The position numbers and the translations under genes are program-made. Positions 10,153-21,209 of a stretch of 64,000 nt of DNA are shown here, one piece after another. The first letter of the stretch is position 1, and each line of letters opens with the position of its first letter. The notes beneath the pieces were generated by a model. That model was given only the letters and a program-made list of their open reading frames with translations, did no database searches and had not been told where the DNA came from. Origin of the DNA: a virus (Duplodnaviria; Caudoviricetes); IMG/VR virus record IMGVR_UViG_3300042334_000305, positions 1,175 to 65,174 of that record; one strand, given 5' to 3'.

Positions 10153-13100
10153 ATGGCAACAAATAATGACTTAATGAATACTCAAACTGGAGGAGAGGGA
10201 GAGACTGTACAAATACAGACTCAAGAAAAAATTACTCCAGAGCAATTTGATGTAAACATAAAAGCACAAGAGACACCTATTGATAGTGAACCTCCAGTTC
10301 AACCTCCTGTACAAAGAGAGATGACAGAGCAAGAAGTAGTAGGTGCAGGGCCATCAGAATTTGTAGAAGCTCAAGAAACATTCACAGAAGAACCTCCTGC
10401 TTTACCTGAAGCACAACAAGCTATAGCTCCTTCAGTTATTGTTGATGAAGATCCTAATTTCTATCCTTATATACCAGAAGAACCTATAGAAATAGAATCT
10501 CCTTTTTACCCATTTGAAACAGAAGCAGAAACTGTAAAAAAATCTTTTCAGAATACTAAGAATCAAATAGACCAAGACTTAACAAATACTGGATTAAAGC
10601 CAGTAATTGATATGTACAATGAAAACGAGGATAAGAAAGTTGGTTTTTTCGGAAAGGTAAAAGGTTTATTTAAAAAAGACGAAAAGAAACAACCAGAAGA
10701 ATCTTATAATGGTGTTAGTTTCACTGTAGAAAAAGGAGATGAAGTAGATGAGGTAGAATTAAGTAAATTAGGCTTTGACACAAAAATACTTGAAAAACCT
10801 ACTATTGATCCAGCTAAAAGACTTGATGAGCAAGAAATAACAGAAGAAGAGGATTTAACTGATATAATAGATAAAGAAAGTATTATAGGTCAGGCTAATG
10901 AATTATTTGCTAGAGAACAAGCGACAAGAGATAAAATAAAGACAGCTAGAGGAGAAAATTTAAAATCATTAAAGTCAGAGTTAAAATCAATAAGAAAAAC
11001 TTTAAACGATTTAAAGAAGAGCGGAGATTATAAAGAAGAGAAAGATATATATAAACAGAAAGCACTAGCAAAAGGTGCTTTAGATCCTTATTATTACAAT
11101 CCAAAAGGTTCTGTTTCTGGTGTTATCCCAGAGAAAGAAAGAAGAACTCCAAATAATTTTGTTGTGAAAAATCCACTAGGTAAAGATGTATCTAGTTCTA
11201 TTTTTTCTAACAAGATTAAAGATGGAATGAATCAAGAAGAAGCAAATACTTTATTATATAGATTATTTGTTAGTCCATCTGATAAGGCTTATTGGGATAA
11301 TGATTCTGCCGCTAAAGTAAGAGATGTTATTAGTGGTGGTGATGGTCGTGGTAATAAGTCTAATACAGCTATGACTTATGAAGAGGTTATGGCTATTGAC
11401 AAGACATTTAGAAACATAGCTAATTGGGCGCAACAAAACGGGGGTGTAAGTGCCGAAGGAAAGAATGAAGGAAAATTTAAAGCTGCTTTATTTCCTGCTT
11501 TTGGATTTTTGCCAGAGACAACTGTTGAAGTGAAAGACAGGTCGGGTAGAGTACGAAAAGTAACTTTGTTTAGTGATATATATGAAAATCCATCTCAAAA
11601 TGAACTTGTTAAAAATGGATATGGTGTTGTTAATCCATTAGATAATAAAGATTTTATTATACCTGATACTAAAAAAGCTTATTTTGTTCCTGATGCAATG
11701 ATTAAAGGGTGGGAGAAGCAATATGGTTCAGATGGATTTAGAGCCTCTACATTTAAGCAACAGCAAAGATTAGCTAGACTAAAAGATGCTAATGGACAGC
11801 CTTACTTACAATCTGATAGAGGTATGTTTGGAGCAGGGGTTACTGGTTATATGGATCAAGAAACTTATGATGCTCAAAAAAGACTTGATGCTGATATAAA
11901 GAACGAAAGAAATAAAGCTAATAAAAAAGGTATAGCCAAAGGAGAGGTAACAGTAAAAGAAGAAGGAAGATTTGGAGAAAGGAATATTTCTGATTATAAT
12001 CCAATAGAAGAATGGAGAACTAAAAATGTAAAAGGAGATTTCTCTTACGGAAAATACAAGTTAAAAGATATTCCATTAGAGAATATGCGTAATACAGCTG
12101 ATGCTATGGCTTGGGCTAAAAGTCATTTACCAGAGGCTAAAAAAATGGAGTTTAGTAATCCTAATATATTTGAACAAGATCAAGAAGATTTTAAAAAATA
12201 TATAGATGGATTAGGATTTAAAGGAATATCTGTTAAACCATTAGGAGGATGGTTAAAAGCAGATTTTGATTATGTAAGACTTGATGGAAAGGGAAAATCT
12301 TTAATTATAGACTTAAATGAAGGTAGTGATGATTTAAACAATCAGCAATTAAAAAGATTAACAGATTGGATTAAAGTAGCTCAAGACGATCCTCAAAGTG
12401 AATTTATAAAAGATTTTACTTCTGTATTTGACAAAGACTATGCTGTATCTAAATTAGTAAAAGAAAAAACTTCATTAGGAGAAGAGTTTACTGTATCTTT
12501 TGAAAATAAAGCAGGTAATAAAATAAATATCACAAACAAAAATGGTCAACTAGAGGCTCAACAATATTTTAATGAGCTTGAATTTCAACAAGCATATTAC
12601 TCTGAGATTAGAGAGGGCCTACAAGACAATGTTAAAAATTACAATGCTGAAATACAACCATACGTTGAAAAGTTTAATAAGATACAACAAGAGTCAGATA
12701 AAAGCATTATAGATTTAGACAAGCAAATAGCTGACTTGGAATTAAGAAATAATAACAACCAAATAGAAAGTGATGATTTTTCATCTCAATTTCAAGAGTT
12801 ACAAAATAAGGTATTAGCTGTTAATGAAAATTTAATGACTAGCTATAAAGAGCTACAAAGTTCATTAGGTAACAATAAGCCTTTACTAGACCAAATAAAT
12901 AAAGATTATAACGATATACAGACAGCTAATTCAAAACTAAAGATAATAGCGGAAGAAACTGAAGATTTAGCAGGTATAGAGATGGCTAGATTAATGGCTG
13001 ATAATGCAGGTCCTAGAACTGTTTTAGGGAATGTTACAGCCGCTATATCTAGTGGATTCATGAAACCTTTTATTGCTAGTGTATCTGCTGCCTCTGACTT

Positions 13101-14703
13101 ACTTATACAGGCTGGTATATATCCAGAGGACATGACAAAGGATGAGGCTATAAAGCAGAATAACGAATGGAAAACTGAGTTTCTATATGGAGAGTTATCT
13201 GAAGCTATGGAGAAGTCTTTTGGTACATATATGTCTCCAGGTTATCAGGAAAGACTTAGTATGCCAGGAGAAGCTATATATGGAGCTATTGAGTCTGTTG
13301 GTACTCAAGCTAATCCATTAGTTGCTTTATTGAGTAAAACTCCATTAGCTCCAGTCGCATCAATGATGGGTTATGCTTCTCAATCGTACACTCAGATAGA
13401 AGAAGAAATATTAAAAAGTCCTGATTTAAAAGATATTCCAGAATATCAGAAAAAATTAATAGCTATACCTTATGCTATGTGTTTGGCTGCTGTAGATAAA
13501 TATGCTTATGGTAAAATAGCAGCTGGTAAAAGCTCTGTTGCTCAAAGAATGATGGTTGGAATTGTTAATAAAGCATTAGAGAAACTACCTAAAAATGCAA
13601 CGCTAGAAACTATTGAAGCTGTTATAAAAGGTGATGTTAAGAGTAATATAGCAAAATTTGGATTAGCATTAAATAGAGCAGGTGTTACTGAGCTTGGAGC
13701 TGAAGGATTTGAGGCTGCTGCATTTGATGTTGGTCTTAAAGAATTGTGGGATCACGTTTTAGATAAGGATGCTTTTAATACAGGTGATGTGTTTGAGGAT
13801 TATGTTGAGACAATAGTTAAATCATCTGCCTCTGGTTACATCGGAGGTCTTGCATTAGGTGGAGCTGGTAGAACTGTTGAGTTCTTAGGAACAGGTAATA
13901 TCAATATGATTAATCCTGAAGATTACAATTTCTTTAAAGTTGTAGCTGATGATCCTCAATTAAAAAATCTTTATGCTAGCTCAGTTGCTAATAAATTTGG
14001 TCGTGGAGAAATAGATAAAACTCAAGCAGAAAAGATGATGCTTGATTTTGAAAACTTAATAGCTTTAGATAAAAAGGTTCTTGATGATATAACAGGAGAG
14101 GATAGACTTGAGATGGTTAAGTTATTGTTTGAGAAACAAAAGATTCAAGAACGAATTAAAGAACTTGATGAATCTCAACAGAAATTACCTAATTATAAGT
14201 TAGAGGGCGTAAACAAAAAGATAGATGAGATTGTAGCTAGAACAGAAGATAGAATAAATAAACAACAGGAATATGATCAAAAAGACGAACAAAGGGTATC
14301 AAGTGAAGTCGGAGAAGGGCAAGAATCTATCGAAACCAAACCTGTCACTGAAACAAGCCAAGAAGAGGTTAGCCCTGGTGGAATGGTTCAAGAAGAACAA
14401 ACAGAAGTAACTCCTACTGAAGAAATAACAACAGAAGAAACGATTACACCTACAGGAGAAGTAACTACAGAAGAGACTATTAAACCAGAAACAGAAGTAA
14501 CTACAGAAACCACTATTACTAATGAGTTTGATGAGTTAGCCGATATAAATAAAATAACATCTCCTGCTAAGAAGAATAAAGCGATGAAAGCGTTTAATGA
14601 AAAATATGGGGAGAAAGCTGCTCGTATTTCACAAATAGATAGTAATTTTACATCTATTGTAAGTAAACTAGAAAGGAATAATATAATTACGAAAAAATGT
14701 TAA
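10153..14703 (+). CDS. Large internal virion/ejected protein, 1516 aa
   Basis: Acidic disordered N-terminus, coiled coil, Gly/Ala hydrophobic helices (~aa 960-1230) and a T/E-rich repeat linker near the C-terminus. Confidence 0.55.
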   Translation: MATNNDLMNTQTGGEGETVQIQTQEKITPEQFDVNIKAQETPIDSEPPVQPPVQREMTEQEVVGAGPSEFVEAQETFTEEPPALPEAQQAIAPSVIVDEDPNFYPYIPEEPIEIESPFYPFETEAETVKKSFQNTKNQIDQDLTNTGLKPVIDMYNENEDKKVGFFGKVKGLFKKDEKKQPEESYNGVSFTVEKGDEVDEVELSKLGFDTKILEKPTIDPAKRLDEQEITEEEDLTDIIDKESIIGQANELFAREQATRDKIKTARGENLKSLKSELKSIRKTLNDLKKSGDYKEEKDIYKQKALAKGALDPYYYNPKGSVSGVIPEKERRTPNNFVVKNPLGKDVSSSIFSNKIKDGMNQEEANTLLYRLFVSPSDKAYWDNDSAAKVRDVISGGDGRGNKSNTAMTYEEVMAIDKTFRNIANWAQQNGGVSAEGKNEGKFKAALFPAFGFLPETTVEVKDRSGRVRKVTLFSDIYENPSQNELVKNGYGVVNPLDNKDFIIPDTKKAYFVPDAMIKGWEKQYGSDGFRASTFKQQQRLARLKDANGQPYLQSDRGMFGAGVTGYMDQETYDAQKRLDADIKNERNKANKKGIAKGEVTVKEEGRFGERNISDYNPIEEWRTKNVKGDFSYGKYKLKDIPLENMRNTADAMAWAKSHLPEAKKMEFSNPNIFEQDQEDFKKYIDGLGFKGISVKPLGGWLKADFDYVRLDGKGKSLIIDLNEGSDDLNNQQLKRLTDWIKVAQDDPQSEFIKDFTSVFDKDYAVSKLVKEKTSLGEEFTVSFENKAGNKINITNKNGQLEAQQYFNELEFQQAYYSEIREGLQDNVKNYNAEIQPYVEKFNKIQQESDKSIIDLDKQIADLELRNNNNQIESDDFSSQFQELQNKVLAVNENLMTSYKELQSSLGNNKPLLDQINKDYNDIQTANSKLKIIAEETEDLAGIEMARLMADNAGPRTVLGNVTAAISSGFMKPFIASVSAASDLLIQAGIYPEDMTKDEAIKQNNEWKTEFLYGELSEAMEKSFGTYMSPGYQERLSMPGEAIYGAIESVGTQANPLVALLSKTPLAPVASMMGYASQSYTQIEEEILKSPDLKDIPEYQKKLIAIPYAMCLAAVDKYAYGKIAAGKSSVAQRMMVGIVNKALEKLPKNATLETIEAVIKGDVKSNIAKFGLALNRAGVTELGAEGFEAAAFDVGLKELWDHVLDKDAFNTGDVFEDYVETIVKSSASGYIGGLALGGAGRTVEFLGTGNINMINPEDYNFFKVVADDPQLKNLYASSVANKFGRGEIDKTQAEKMMLDFENLIALDKKVLDDITGEDRLEMVKLLFEKQKIQERIKELDESQQKLPNYKLEGVNKKIDEIVARTEDRINKQQEYDQKDEQRVSSEVGEGQESIETKPVTETSQEEVSPGGMVQEEQTEVTPTEEITTEETITPTGEVTTEETIKPETEVTTETTITNEFDELADINKITSPAKKNKAMKAFNEKYGEKAARISQIDSNFTSIVSKLERNNIITKKC

Positions 14704-14704
14704 T

Positions 14705-15172
14705 ATGGAAAATCTATTAAGTTCAAAGGAAATAGAAATGATTAATGAGTTAGGACACATGGAGTTGGAAGCAAGCCAACTTTATTTGCATTTAACTAAC
14801 TGTATGAAGAGTATAAACTTTTTTGGTGCTGCATCATTCTTTAAGAATGAATCAGATACTGAGAGAGAGCATTACAGCAAGTTAGAGGACTTCATGAACA
14901 ATATGGGGGAGCAATTAGAGGTTAGAGCATTATCTGCCGTTAAAGCTCCTATAAATGACTTAATGGAAGCATTCCAAGCTGCATTAGAAGCTGAGGTAGA
15001 TTTATTAGGTGAATATGAAGATGCTTGGGAGAAAGCAAGTCCTAAGACTAAAGCATTATTTCATCACTTCATTGAATTACAGACTGAGAGTGTTGGAGAG
15101 TATGGAGATTTAATCGCTAGACTAAGTAGAACTAGTGAGCCTATTTTAATTGACCAAGAATTAGCGAAGTAA
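14705..15172 (+). CDS. ftnA: Ferritin (non-heme FtnA type), 155 aa
   Basis: Four-helix pattern with ferroxidase residues: ELEASQLY, ESDTEREH, LEAEVDL, IELQTESVGE. Confidence 0.88.
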   Translation: MENLLSSKEIEMINELGHMELEASQLYLHLTNCMKSINFFGAASFFKNESDTEREHYSKLEDFMNNMGEQLEVRALSAVKAPINDLMEAFQAALEAEVDLLGEYEDAWEKASPKTKALFHHFIELQTESVGEYGDLIARLSRTSEPILIDQELAK

Positions 15173-15173
15173 T

Positions 15174-18100
15174 ATGGCAGATTGCATATATACAATAGAG
15201 GGTAGCGATAAGACTTATTCTGAAAGCGAATTTAAGAAATTACTTAGTGAAGGGTATCTTGACAAGGTAATGATGGATAAGAATATTAAGATTAGAGGTA
15301 TTAAGCCTGATGGGGCTATGGCTTCTTCTTTCCAAATTCCATCTACTATTCAACCACAGGTTCAGCCTACTACTGAAATTACTGAGACTGTTGCTCCTAC
15401 TGCTGAGAAGAATATTGAAAAGTCAATTCCTAAGAATAATCTTTCAGTTGATGAAATTGATAAAATGCCAAAGGGGAAAACATTTCAAGAAGAATTAGCT
15501 CCTGAATATTATGAAGAATTAAAAAATGATATAAAGAAAAATGGAATAAAAGAACCTATAACTCTTACATATTATGTAAAAGATAATGCTTTAAGATTAT
15601 CTGATGGACATCATAGATTTAAGATAGCAAAAGAACTTGGAATTAAAGATGTTCCTGTTAAAATAAATGTAAATTGGAGATCAAATATTTCTGAAAACAA
15701 TAAAGATATAGAAGGTCAAGAATTATATAATCCTCCAAAAGCACTTGATGTAGATTTCTATAAAAAAAGAGATTATCAGCCAAGTAATATTGAATTAAAT
15801 GAAATTGGACTTACTCCAGAGGTAAAAACAGAAGAAGTAGTTACTCCTACTGAAACTGTCACAGAAGAAAAATCATTTGATGATAAGGTAGCTGAAGAAT
15901 ATTCTAAAATTGCTAATCCTATTTCTTTTGAAGAAGATGCAGAAAGGATAATAGCTTTGAATAAAAAAATGATTGAAACCACTCAAAAATATATAAATGG
16001 AGATATTTCTGCTAAAGACTACTTGATAGATGGTTTCTTATATTCTAATGATACTGTAATAAACGATAAAAGATTTTCAGAACTTTCTAACGAAGAACTT
16101 AAAAATCATGCAGATAATCAAGCTAAAAATAAAAACGAATTAATAAACAAAGCTAGACAAAAAGTCCAATCAGAAACTGTCACAAAAACAGAAGAAGTTG
16201 TGACACCAACTACTGAGACTAAGGTAGAAGAACAAGCAGCTCCTGAAGCAAAAAATAAATTAACAAAAAAAGATTTAAGCAAGTTGACCAGCGAAGAAAT
16301 GTTTGACATTTATGATGGACTATCTGAAGAATTAAAAGATGAACATTTTAGATATGGAGTAGGTCCAAATATGACTAGTCAACCTAGTAAAATGATGTTT
16401 TTTACAAAATTAAAAAATGCTGTTGGGCAAGAAGAAGCAATAAGCTTAATAACAGAAAGACAAGCTAAATCATCTAAAACTAAACAACCGACAAAAGAAG
16501 CTGTTGCTGCTAAGAATCTAGCTGACTTTTTAAGAAGAGGTAAATCAGAGAAAGGAACGCTTATGGCTTCTCCTCTTCCTGGTTTTAATCAAGTATGGGA
16601 TGCTACGATAGAAACTGTTGCTAAGGCTATAGAAGTAGGTGGAGTAACTGTTGGTAATTTTAGGAAATCTATTAATGATGGCGTTAGAGCTTTTAAAAAC
16701 ACAGACACGTACAAAGCTATAACAGATCCTGAAGAAAGAAAAAAGATAACATCAGAATATAGAAAAGCATTATTAGAAAAAGTGCCTCAATTCTACAATG
16801 TAGACCCTACAGAAGATTTTGGAAACGTATGGGATAGTTCTACAGAAATAGTTAATGAGAGCTTATCTAAGTCAGATAAAAGTCCAGCTGCACTTCAAAA
16901 AGCAATAGATGAAGGGTTTAAAGACGTTAAAAAATCTACATGGTATAACTCCTTAGGTAAAGACCAAAAACAACAATTCGCTGCTGATTATAATGAAGCA
17001 ATGAATAGAATGTTCCCTATTAAAAAAGAAAAAGATAAAGAAAAAGCAACTAAAGAAACTGTATCTCAAGAAGAAAAAGAAAAAGGTAAAGAGTTTAAGG
17101 GTAAGGTTTCAGAAGCTACAGGAACAGCTAAACCTGAAAAAACAATAAGACTTAGCGAGAGTGAATTGTTAAGAATGCAGATTAAATATGGTAATCAAGC
17201 TGGAAAAGAAACTATAAAGAATTTACAAAATATAAAAGAGCAGATTAGAGATTACGCCAAAGAAAATTTACCTAAAGATGATTACTCTGCAAAAGAAGTT
17301 AATTCTTTAATGAGGTCTATAACTGCCGCCAGAACACAAAAAGGATTAGAAACTGCGTTAGATAAGATTGATACTTTGGTAGCTAGGAAATTAGAAAAGC
17401 AAGCTAAAAAAGATAGAGCTTCTTTAATTAAAGATATAGAATCTAAGATAGCTAATAACAGTAAAAAAGTAATATCTAAAAACAGAAGAACTGGAGCTAA
17501 GAAAGGTAAGATAACTATTGAATCTCAACAACAAATTAATCAAGTTATTCAAGACTTAAAGGATCAAGGGTTATTTAAAAACTTAGATATTCTATCTGAT
17601 ACGGAATTAAATGATTTAAACAATACAATTGACAATATACTAGAAACAGGTAGAGTAGAGCAAAAACAATTAGAGGCTGTTAACGATGCTAAAAAGAGAG
17701 CTGATAAAGCTATCATATTCCAAGCATTAGCAGGTGACTCTGACGATGTGTTAAATGGTAAAGAGCAAGTTCAAGAAAGATTTAAACAGTCAAATGGATA
17801 TGTGATAGTTGACAAGCAATTAATGAGTGCTAGCGACTTTAAGGATTACATAAATAAAAATCCTGATGTTGATTTAAACGATGTTCCTTTCTACTACAAA
17901 TCAGAAAGCATAGATAAAGTTAAATCAAAACTAGATAAAGATTTAGGATTACTTAAAACAGCAAAAGATGCTACATTATTCAATATAGTTGATTTAGAAA
18001 CACATATTAAAAACTTGGGAGCTAAATCTCCTGAATTAAAAAAATGGTTAGAGGATAATATAGGAAGACCATTAAGAGAAGCGAAAAGAAAAGAAGTTGA

Positions 18101-20369
18101 AGCTCTTTGGAGAGAGACAAAACAATACAAAAAAGATATAAATAAAATATTTGGAACTTATAGTGTAAACACAAAAGAGTTCTTTAGAAATAAATGGAGA
18201 ACAAAAACTGTAAATATACCTAAAGTATATGATACATTAGTTGCTCCATCTGATATAACTCCTAAGAACTCTGAGGAAAGTTTATCAGCTGGTGAAGTGG
18301 TTACATTGTACATGATTGTATATAACACAAATCCAGAAATAAAAGATAAGTATAAGTTAGACTCTAAAGAGGCTGAAAAAGACATGAAGATTTTAATGAG
18401 AGAAAACTATGTTGATCCTCAGAAGATATATGATTTCATGCATAAGCCAGAGAATAAATCATTATTAGACTTTGCTCATTTCTTATCTGAAAAATACAAT
18501 GAGGATGCTAGAGCGATGTTTGGTCCTACAATAGAACAATTCCATCAGATAGCATTAGGTAATACTTATTATCACCCTAAACTAAGGTCTAGTTCAACGT
18601 TAGAGCCTGAAAGCATAATGAATTTAGAGCAAGATAAATCTTTGTCTGTTACATCTCCGAATATGAGACACAGAACAGATAACGCTTCTGCTCCATTTAA
18701 AATAATTAATGCTCATGAGTTATATTTGAACTACTTAAAGTCAATGACTCATGCTAAAGAGTATATTCCAGTTGTAAAAGCTGCACAAACATTATTAACT
18801 GATGTTAACAAGCCTTATATAATGGAGAAACTTGGAAGTGTATCTGATTACAATGACATGGTAAAAGCATTAAGTATTGCTGTTACAGATAAATCTCCAT
18901 TTGAATCAGGAGCTATGAGTGGTTTAACTAACTGGACAGCATTAACAATGCTTTGGTTTAGGGTTAAGTCAATACCTCAACAGGCATCATCATTTGTACA
19001 TTACTATACAGCAGGTATTAAGGATGGGGTAATGCCTTGGGATATTGTAAATACTGTTCCTATAACTAAAGAAGAGAGAGAGTTTGCTGCTAAATTTTAC
19101 TCAGACAATCCTTATCTATGGACTCGTTTAAGTGGAGGAAATATAACTCCAGAGATGCAGAAATTAAAAGAACAAACTGATTCTCTTTCTAATGAGATAC
19201 TTAAAGGAACGCTTAGTTTAACTAGATTTACTGGTTTGATTGGTATTAAGTTTGGTGATTTTGCTGCTGCTGCAACTCCTGGCGGAGGAGCAAGTTTTGC
19301 TTTAGCTCAATTTAAAAAGAAATTTGAAGAGACTAAAGACTATCAATCAGCAAGAGATTTTGCTATTCAAAGATGGTACGAAGAAACTGAAAGAACTGGA
19401 CAGGTATCATTAGCTAGAGAAATAATGTCAACTCAGTCATTTAACACGTTAGTTAGATTATTTATTCCATTTAGTTCTGCTCAACAAGGTATGGGTAAAA
19501 AGGCTTATAAAGCATATTTAGACCTTAAAGATTTTGAAAACTTAAATAATAAAGAAAGAGCGCAAGCTATAGCTGATTTGATTTATTTCCCATTATTAGC
19601 ACCTGTTCCATTCTTTTTTGCAGGAAATGCTGGAGCTGCTTTATCTAGAATGTTGTTTGATGATGAAGAAGATGAAACATTAGAAGAGGCTCAAAAGAAA
19701 AGAATTTATTATGATTTAATAGCTGATACTGCTCAATCTAATGCTACAGCTCTTGGTTTTCCAGGATTGTTGTTTAATTTTGCAATGAACATAGCGAGAG
19801 ATAGAGCTGGATTTAATCAGTCTCCAGCTTATCAAAGATTAACAGATATAGGAACTGAGCTAGTTTCATTATTAAGGTCTAATCAAAAATGGGAAGATTT
19901 AACATCAAGTGAAAGAAAAAGATTCATCAAAGAATATGAAAGCGAAAATGGTTCTTTAAATGGTAAAGACGTAAAAGAAATATATAATAATACTATCATT
20001 TCTGAAAAACAAATAAATGTATTATTGAAATCTATTGGAGCTAAAAACATTAAAGATTTAATTGAATCAATTAATAAACTTGCTGAGGATAAGGATTTTT
20101 GGTCGTTCTTTTTTGATTTAGAAACTAGAGATGAAGAGATAAATAAAAAATTAGATCCTTATTTTAACCAAGCTATTAAGAATAAGAAGAAAGATGAGCT
20201 TTATGAGTTTTTAAGCAGGTTACAAAGATACTTTGAGGATGAAGATTATAAAGCGGAAGAGTATATTCCAGAAGAAGGAAAGAAGGTTAAATCTAAGGGG
20301 AGTTCTCAGCCTTCATTTCCTAAAATGAAAAAACCAAGAATAAGCAAACCCAAAATGCCTAAGTTTTAA
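15174..20369 (+). CDS. Giant multi-domain (polyvalent-type) virion protein with ParB/Srx domain, 1731 aa
   Basis: ParB/Srx motif YEELKNDIKKNGIKEPITL..LSDGHHRFKIAKELGIKDVPV, T/E/P linkers, helical C-terminal region with hydrophobic segments. Confidence 0.65.
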   Translation: MADCIYTIEGSDKTYSESEFKKLLSEGYLDKVMMDKNIKIRGIKPDGAMASSFQIPSTIQPQVQPTTEITETVAPTAEKNIEKSIPKNNLSVDEIDKMPKGKTFQEELAPEYYEELKNDIKKNGIKEPITLTYYVKDNALRLSDGHHRFKIAKELGIKDVPVKINVNWRSNISENNKDIEGQELYNPPKALDVDFYKKRDYQPSNIELNEIGLTPEVKTEEVVTPTETVTEEKSFDDKVAEEYSKIANPISFEEDAERIIALNKKMIETTQKYINGDISAKDYLIDGFLYSNDTVINDKRFSELSNEELKNHADNQAKNKNELINKARQKVQSETVTKTEEVVTPTTETKVEEQAAPEAKNKLTKKDLSKLTSEEMFDIYDGLSEELKDEHFRYGVGPNMTSQPSKMMFFTKLKNAVGQEEAISLITERQAKSSKTKQPTKEAVAAKNLADFLRRGKSEKGTLMASPLPGFNQVWDATIETVAKAIEVGGVTVGNFRKSINDGVRAFKNTDTYKAITDPEERKKITSEYRKALLEKVPQFYNVDPTEDFGNVWDSSTEIVNESLSKSDKSPAALQKAIDEGFKDVKKSTWYNSLGKDQKQQFAADYNEAMNRMFPIKKEKDKEKATKETVSQEEKEKGKEFKGKVSEATGTAKPEKTIRLSESELLRMQIKYGNQAGKETIKNLQNIKEQIRDYAKENLPKDDYSAKEVNSLMRSITAARTQKGLETALDKIDTLVARKLEKQAKKDRASLIKDIESKIANNSKKVISKNRRTGAKKGKITIESQQQINQVIQDLKDQGLFKNLDILSDTELNDLNNTIDNILETGRVEQKQLEAVNDAKKRADKAIIFQALAGDSDDVLNGKEQVQERFKQSNGYVIVDKQLMSASDFKDYINKNPDVDLNDVPFYYKSESIDKVKSKLDKDLGLLKTAKDATLFNIVDLETHIKNLGAKSPELKKWLEDNIGRPLREAKRKEVEALWRETKQYKKDINKIFGTYSVNTKEFFRNKWRTKTVNIPKVYDTLVAPSDITPKNSEESLSAGEVVTLYMIVYNTNPEIKDKYKLDSKEAEKDMKILMRENYVDPQKIYDFMHKPENKSLLDFAHFLSEKYNEDARAMFGPTIEQFHQIALGNTYYHPKLRSSSTLEPESIMNLEQDKSLSVTSPNMRHRTDNASAPFKIINAHELYLNYLKSMTHAKEYIPVVKAAQTLLTDVNKPYIMEKLGSVSDYNDMVKALSIAVTDKSPFESGAMSGLTNWTALTMLWFRVKSIPQQASSFVHYYTAGIKDGVMPWDIVNTVPITKEEREFAAKFYSDNPYLWTRLSGGNITPEMQKLKEQTDSLSNEILKGTLSLTRFTGLIGIKFGDFAAAATPGGGASFALAQFKKKFEETKDYQSARDFAIQRWYEETERTGQVSLAREIMSTQSFNTLVRLFIPFSSAQQGMGKKAYKAYLDLKDFENLNNKERAQAIADLIYFPLLAPVPFFFAGNAGAALSRMLFDDEEDETLEEAQKKRIYYDLIADTAQSNATALGFPGLLFNFAMNIARDRAGFNQSPAYQRLTDIGTELVSLLRSNQKWEDLTSSERKRFIKEYESENGSLNGKDVKEIYNNTIISEKQINVLLKSIGAKNIKDLIESINKLAEDKDFWSFFFDLETRDEEINKKLDPYFNQAIKNKKKDELYEFLSRLQRYFEDEDYKAEEYIPEEGKKVKSKGSSQPSFPKMKKPRISKPKMPKF

Positions 20370-20396
20370 AATAAATTAGTGTATGATAAAAAATGT

Positions 20397-20404
20397 TAAA
20401 TTTG
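20397..20404 (+). promoter_or_regulatory. -7 promoter element TAAATTTG
   Basis: Consensus match before ATG 20421. Confidence 0.55.
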
Positions 20405-20420
20405 TAACAATTAATAAGAA

Positions 20421-21209
20421 ATGGCAACACCTATAACTAATCCATATAAAACTTCATTATTAGTTGACAACTGTAGTTCTTTAGAATTATCTTGTGACTG
20501 CAAGAAAATTACATTTAAGGACACATCCAACTATGTTGATAGTGATATGCCAGGGCATTTATCTACTGACTTTACGAGTAGAGTAATAACAATAACTAGA
20601 GGGGATGGTTCGATATTCGAGCTAATTACAGCTGATGTAAGAACGAATAATCCTACTGCCTATCCTTTGGCTACTCAAGGTATAGCTTATAACATTATAC
20701 CTTCTCATTTAGCTTCTAATAACACATTTACATACACATTTAAAGATTCAGATGTGGATGGTATTTATTCTGTTGAATTATGTACATATCCTAACTGGAG
20801 GTCAAACGTATATTACGAAGCGTATTTAAAACCAATAGTACTAAGGAATGGCAAATATTACAAAGCGACTTTATCATCTACTAACCTTGATCCAGAAGAT
20901 CCTCTCAACGCTGCTTATTGGACTCTTTACACTGATACTGGTAATTGTGATTCTACTCGTTACTGTAATACTCAACGAATTGTTGTTCTTTGCATCTCTA
21001 TTGAAGATTGTTATAGACAAGCTGTTGCTGATGCGTTCTGCGGCATACAAAAGAATCCATGTAAAGATATGTGCGACAACAGAGACTTCATGAAAGCTAT
21101 GAAAATGAGAGTTGTTATGGATGGATTAGAATTTGCTGCCTGTGGATTTGATTGGGATAACGCTCAAAAGCATGTAGATATTTTAAAATCACTTTGTTGT
21201 TGTAACTAA
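20421..21209 (+). CDS. Cys-rich structural (tail hub-like) protein, 262 aa
   Basis: 15 Cys, ends SLCCCN, first gene of the tail appendage block. Confidence 0.5.
   Translation: MATPITNPYKTSLLVDNCSSLELSCDCKKITFKDTSNYVDSDMPGHLSTDFTSRVITITRGDGSIFELITADVRTNNPTAYPLATQGIAYNIIPSHLASNNTFTYTFKDSDVDGIYSVELCTYPNWRSNVYYEAYLKPIVLRNGKYYKATLSSTNLDPEDPLNAAYWTLYTDTGNCDSTRYCNTQRIVVLCISIEDCYRQAVADAFCGIQKNPCKDMCDNRDFMKAMKMRVVMDGLEFAACGFDWDNAQKHVDILKSLCCCN

Noticed and set aside
7795-20369. Virion RNA polymerase among the giant proteins
   Set aside because: No DxDxD catalytic motif in a plausible context (only DFDY and GDSDD). Cannot be fully excluded without structure prediction.
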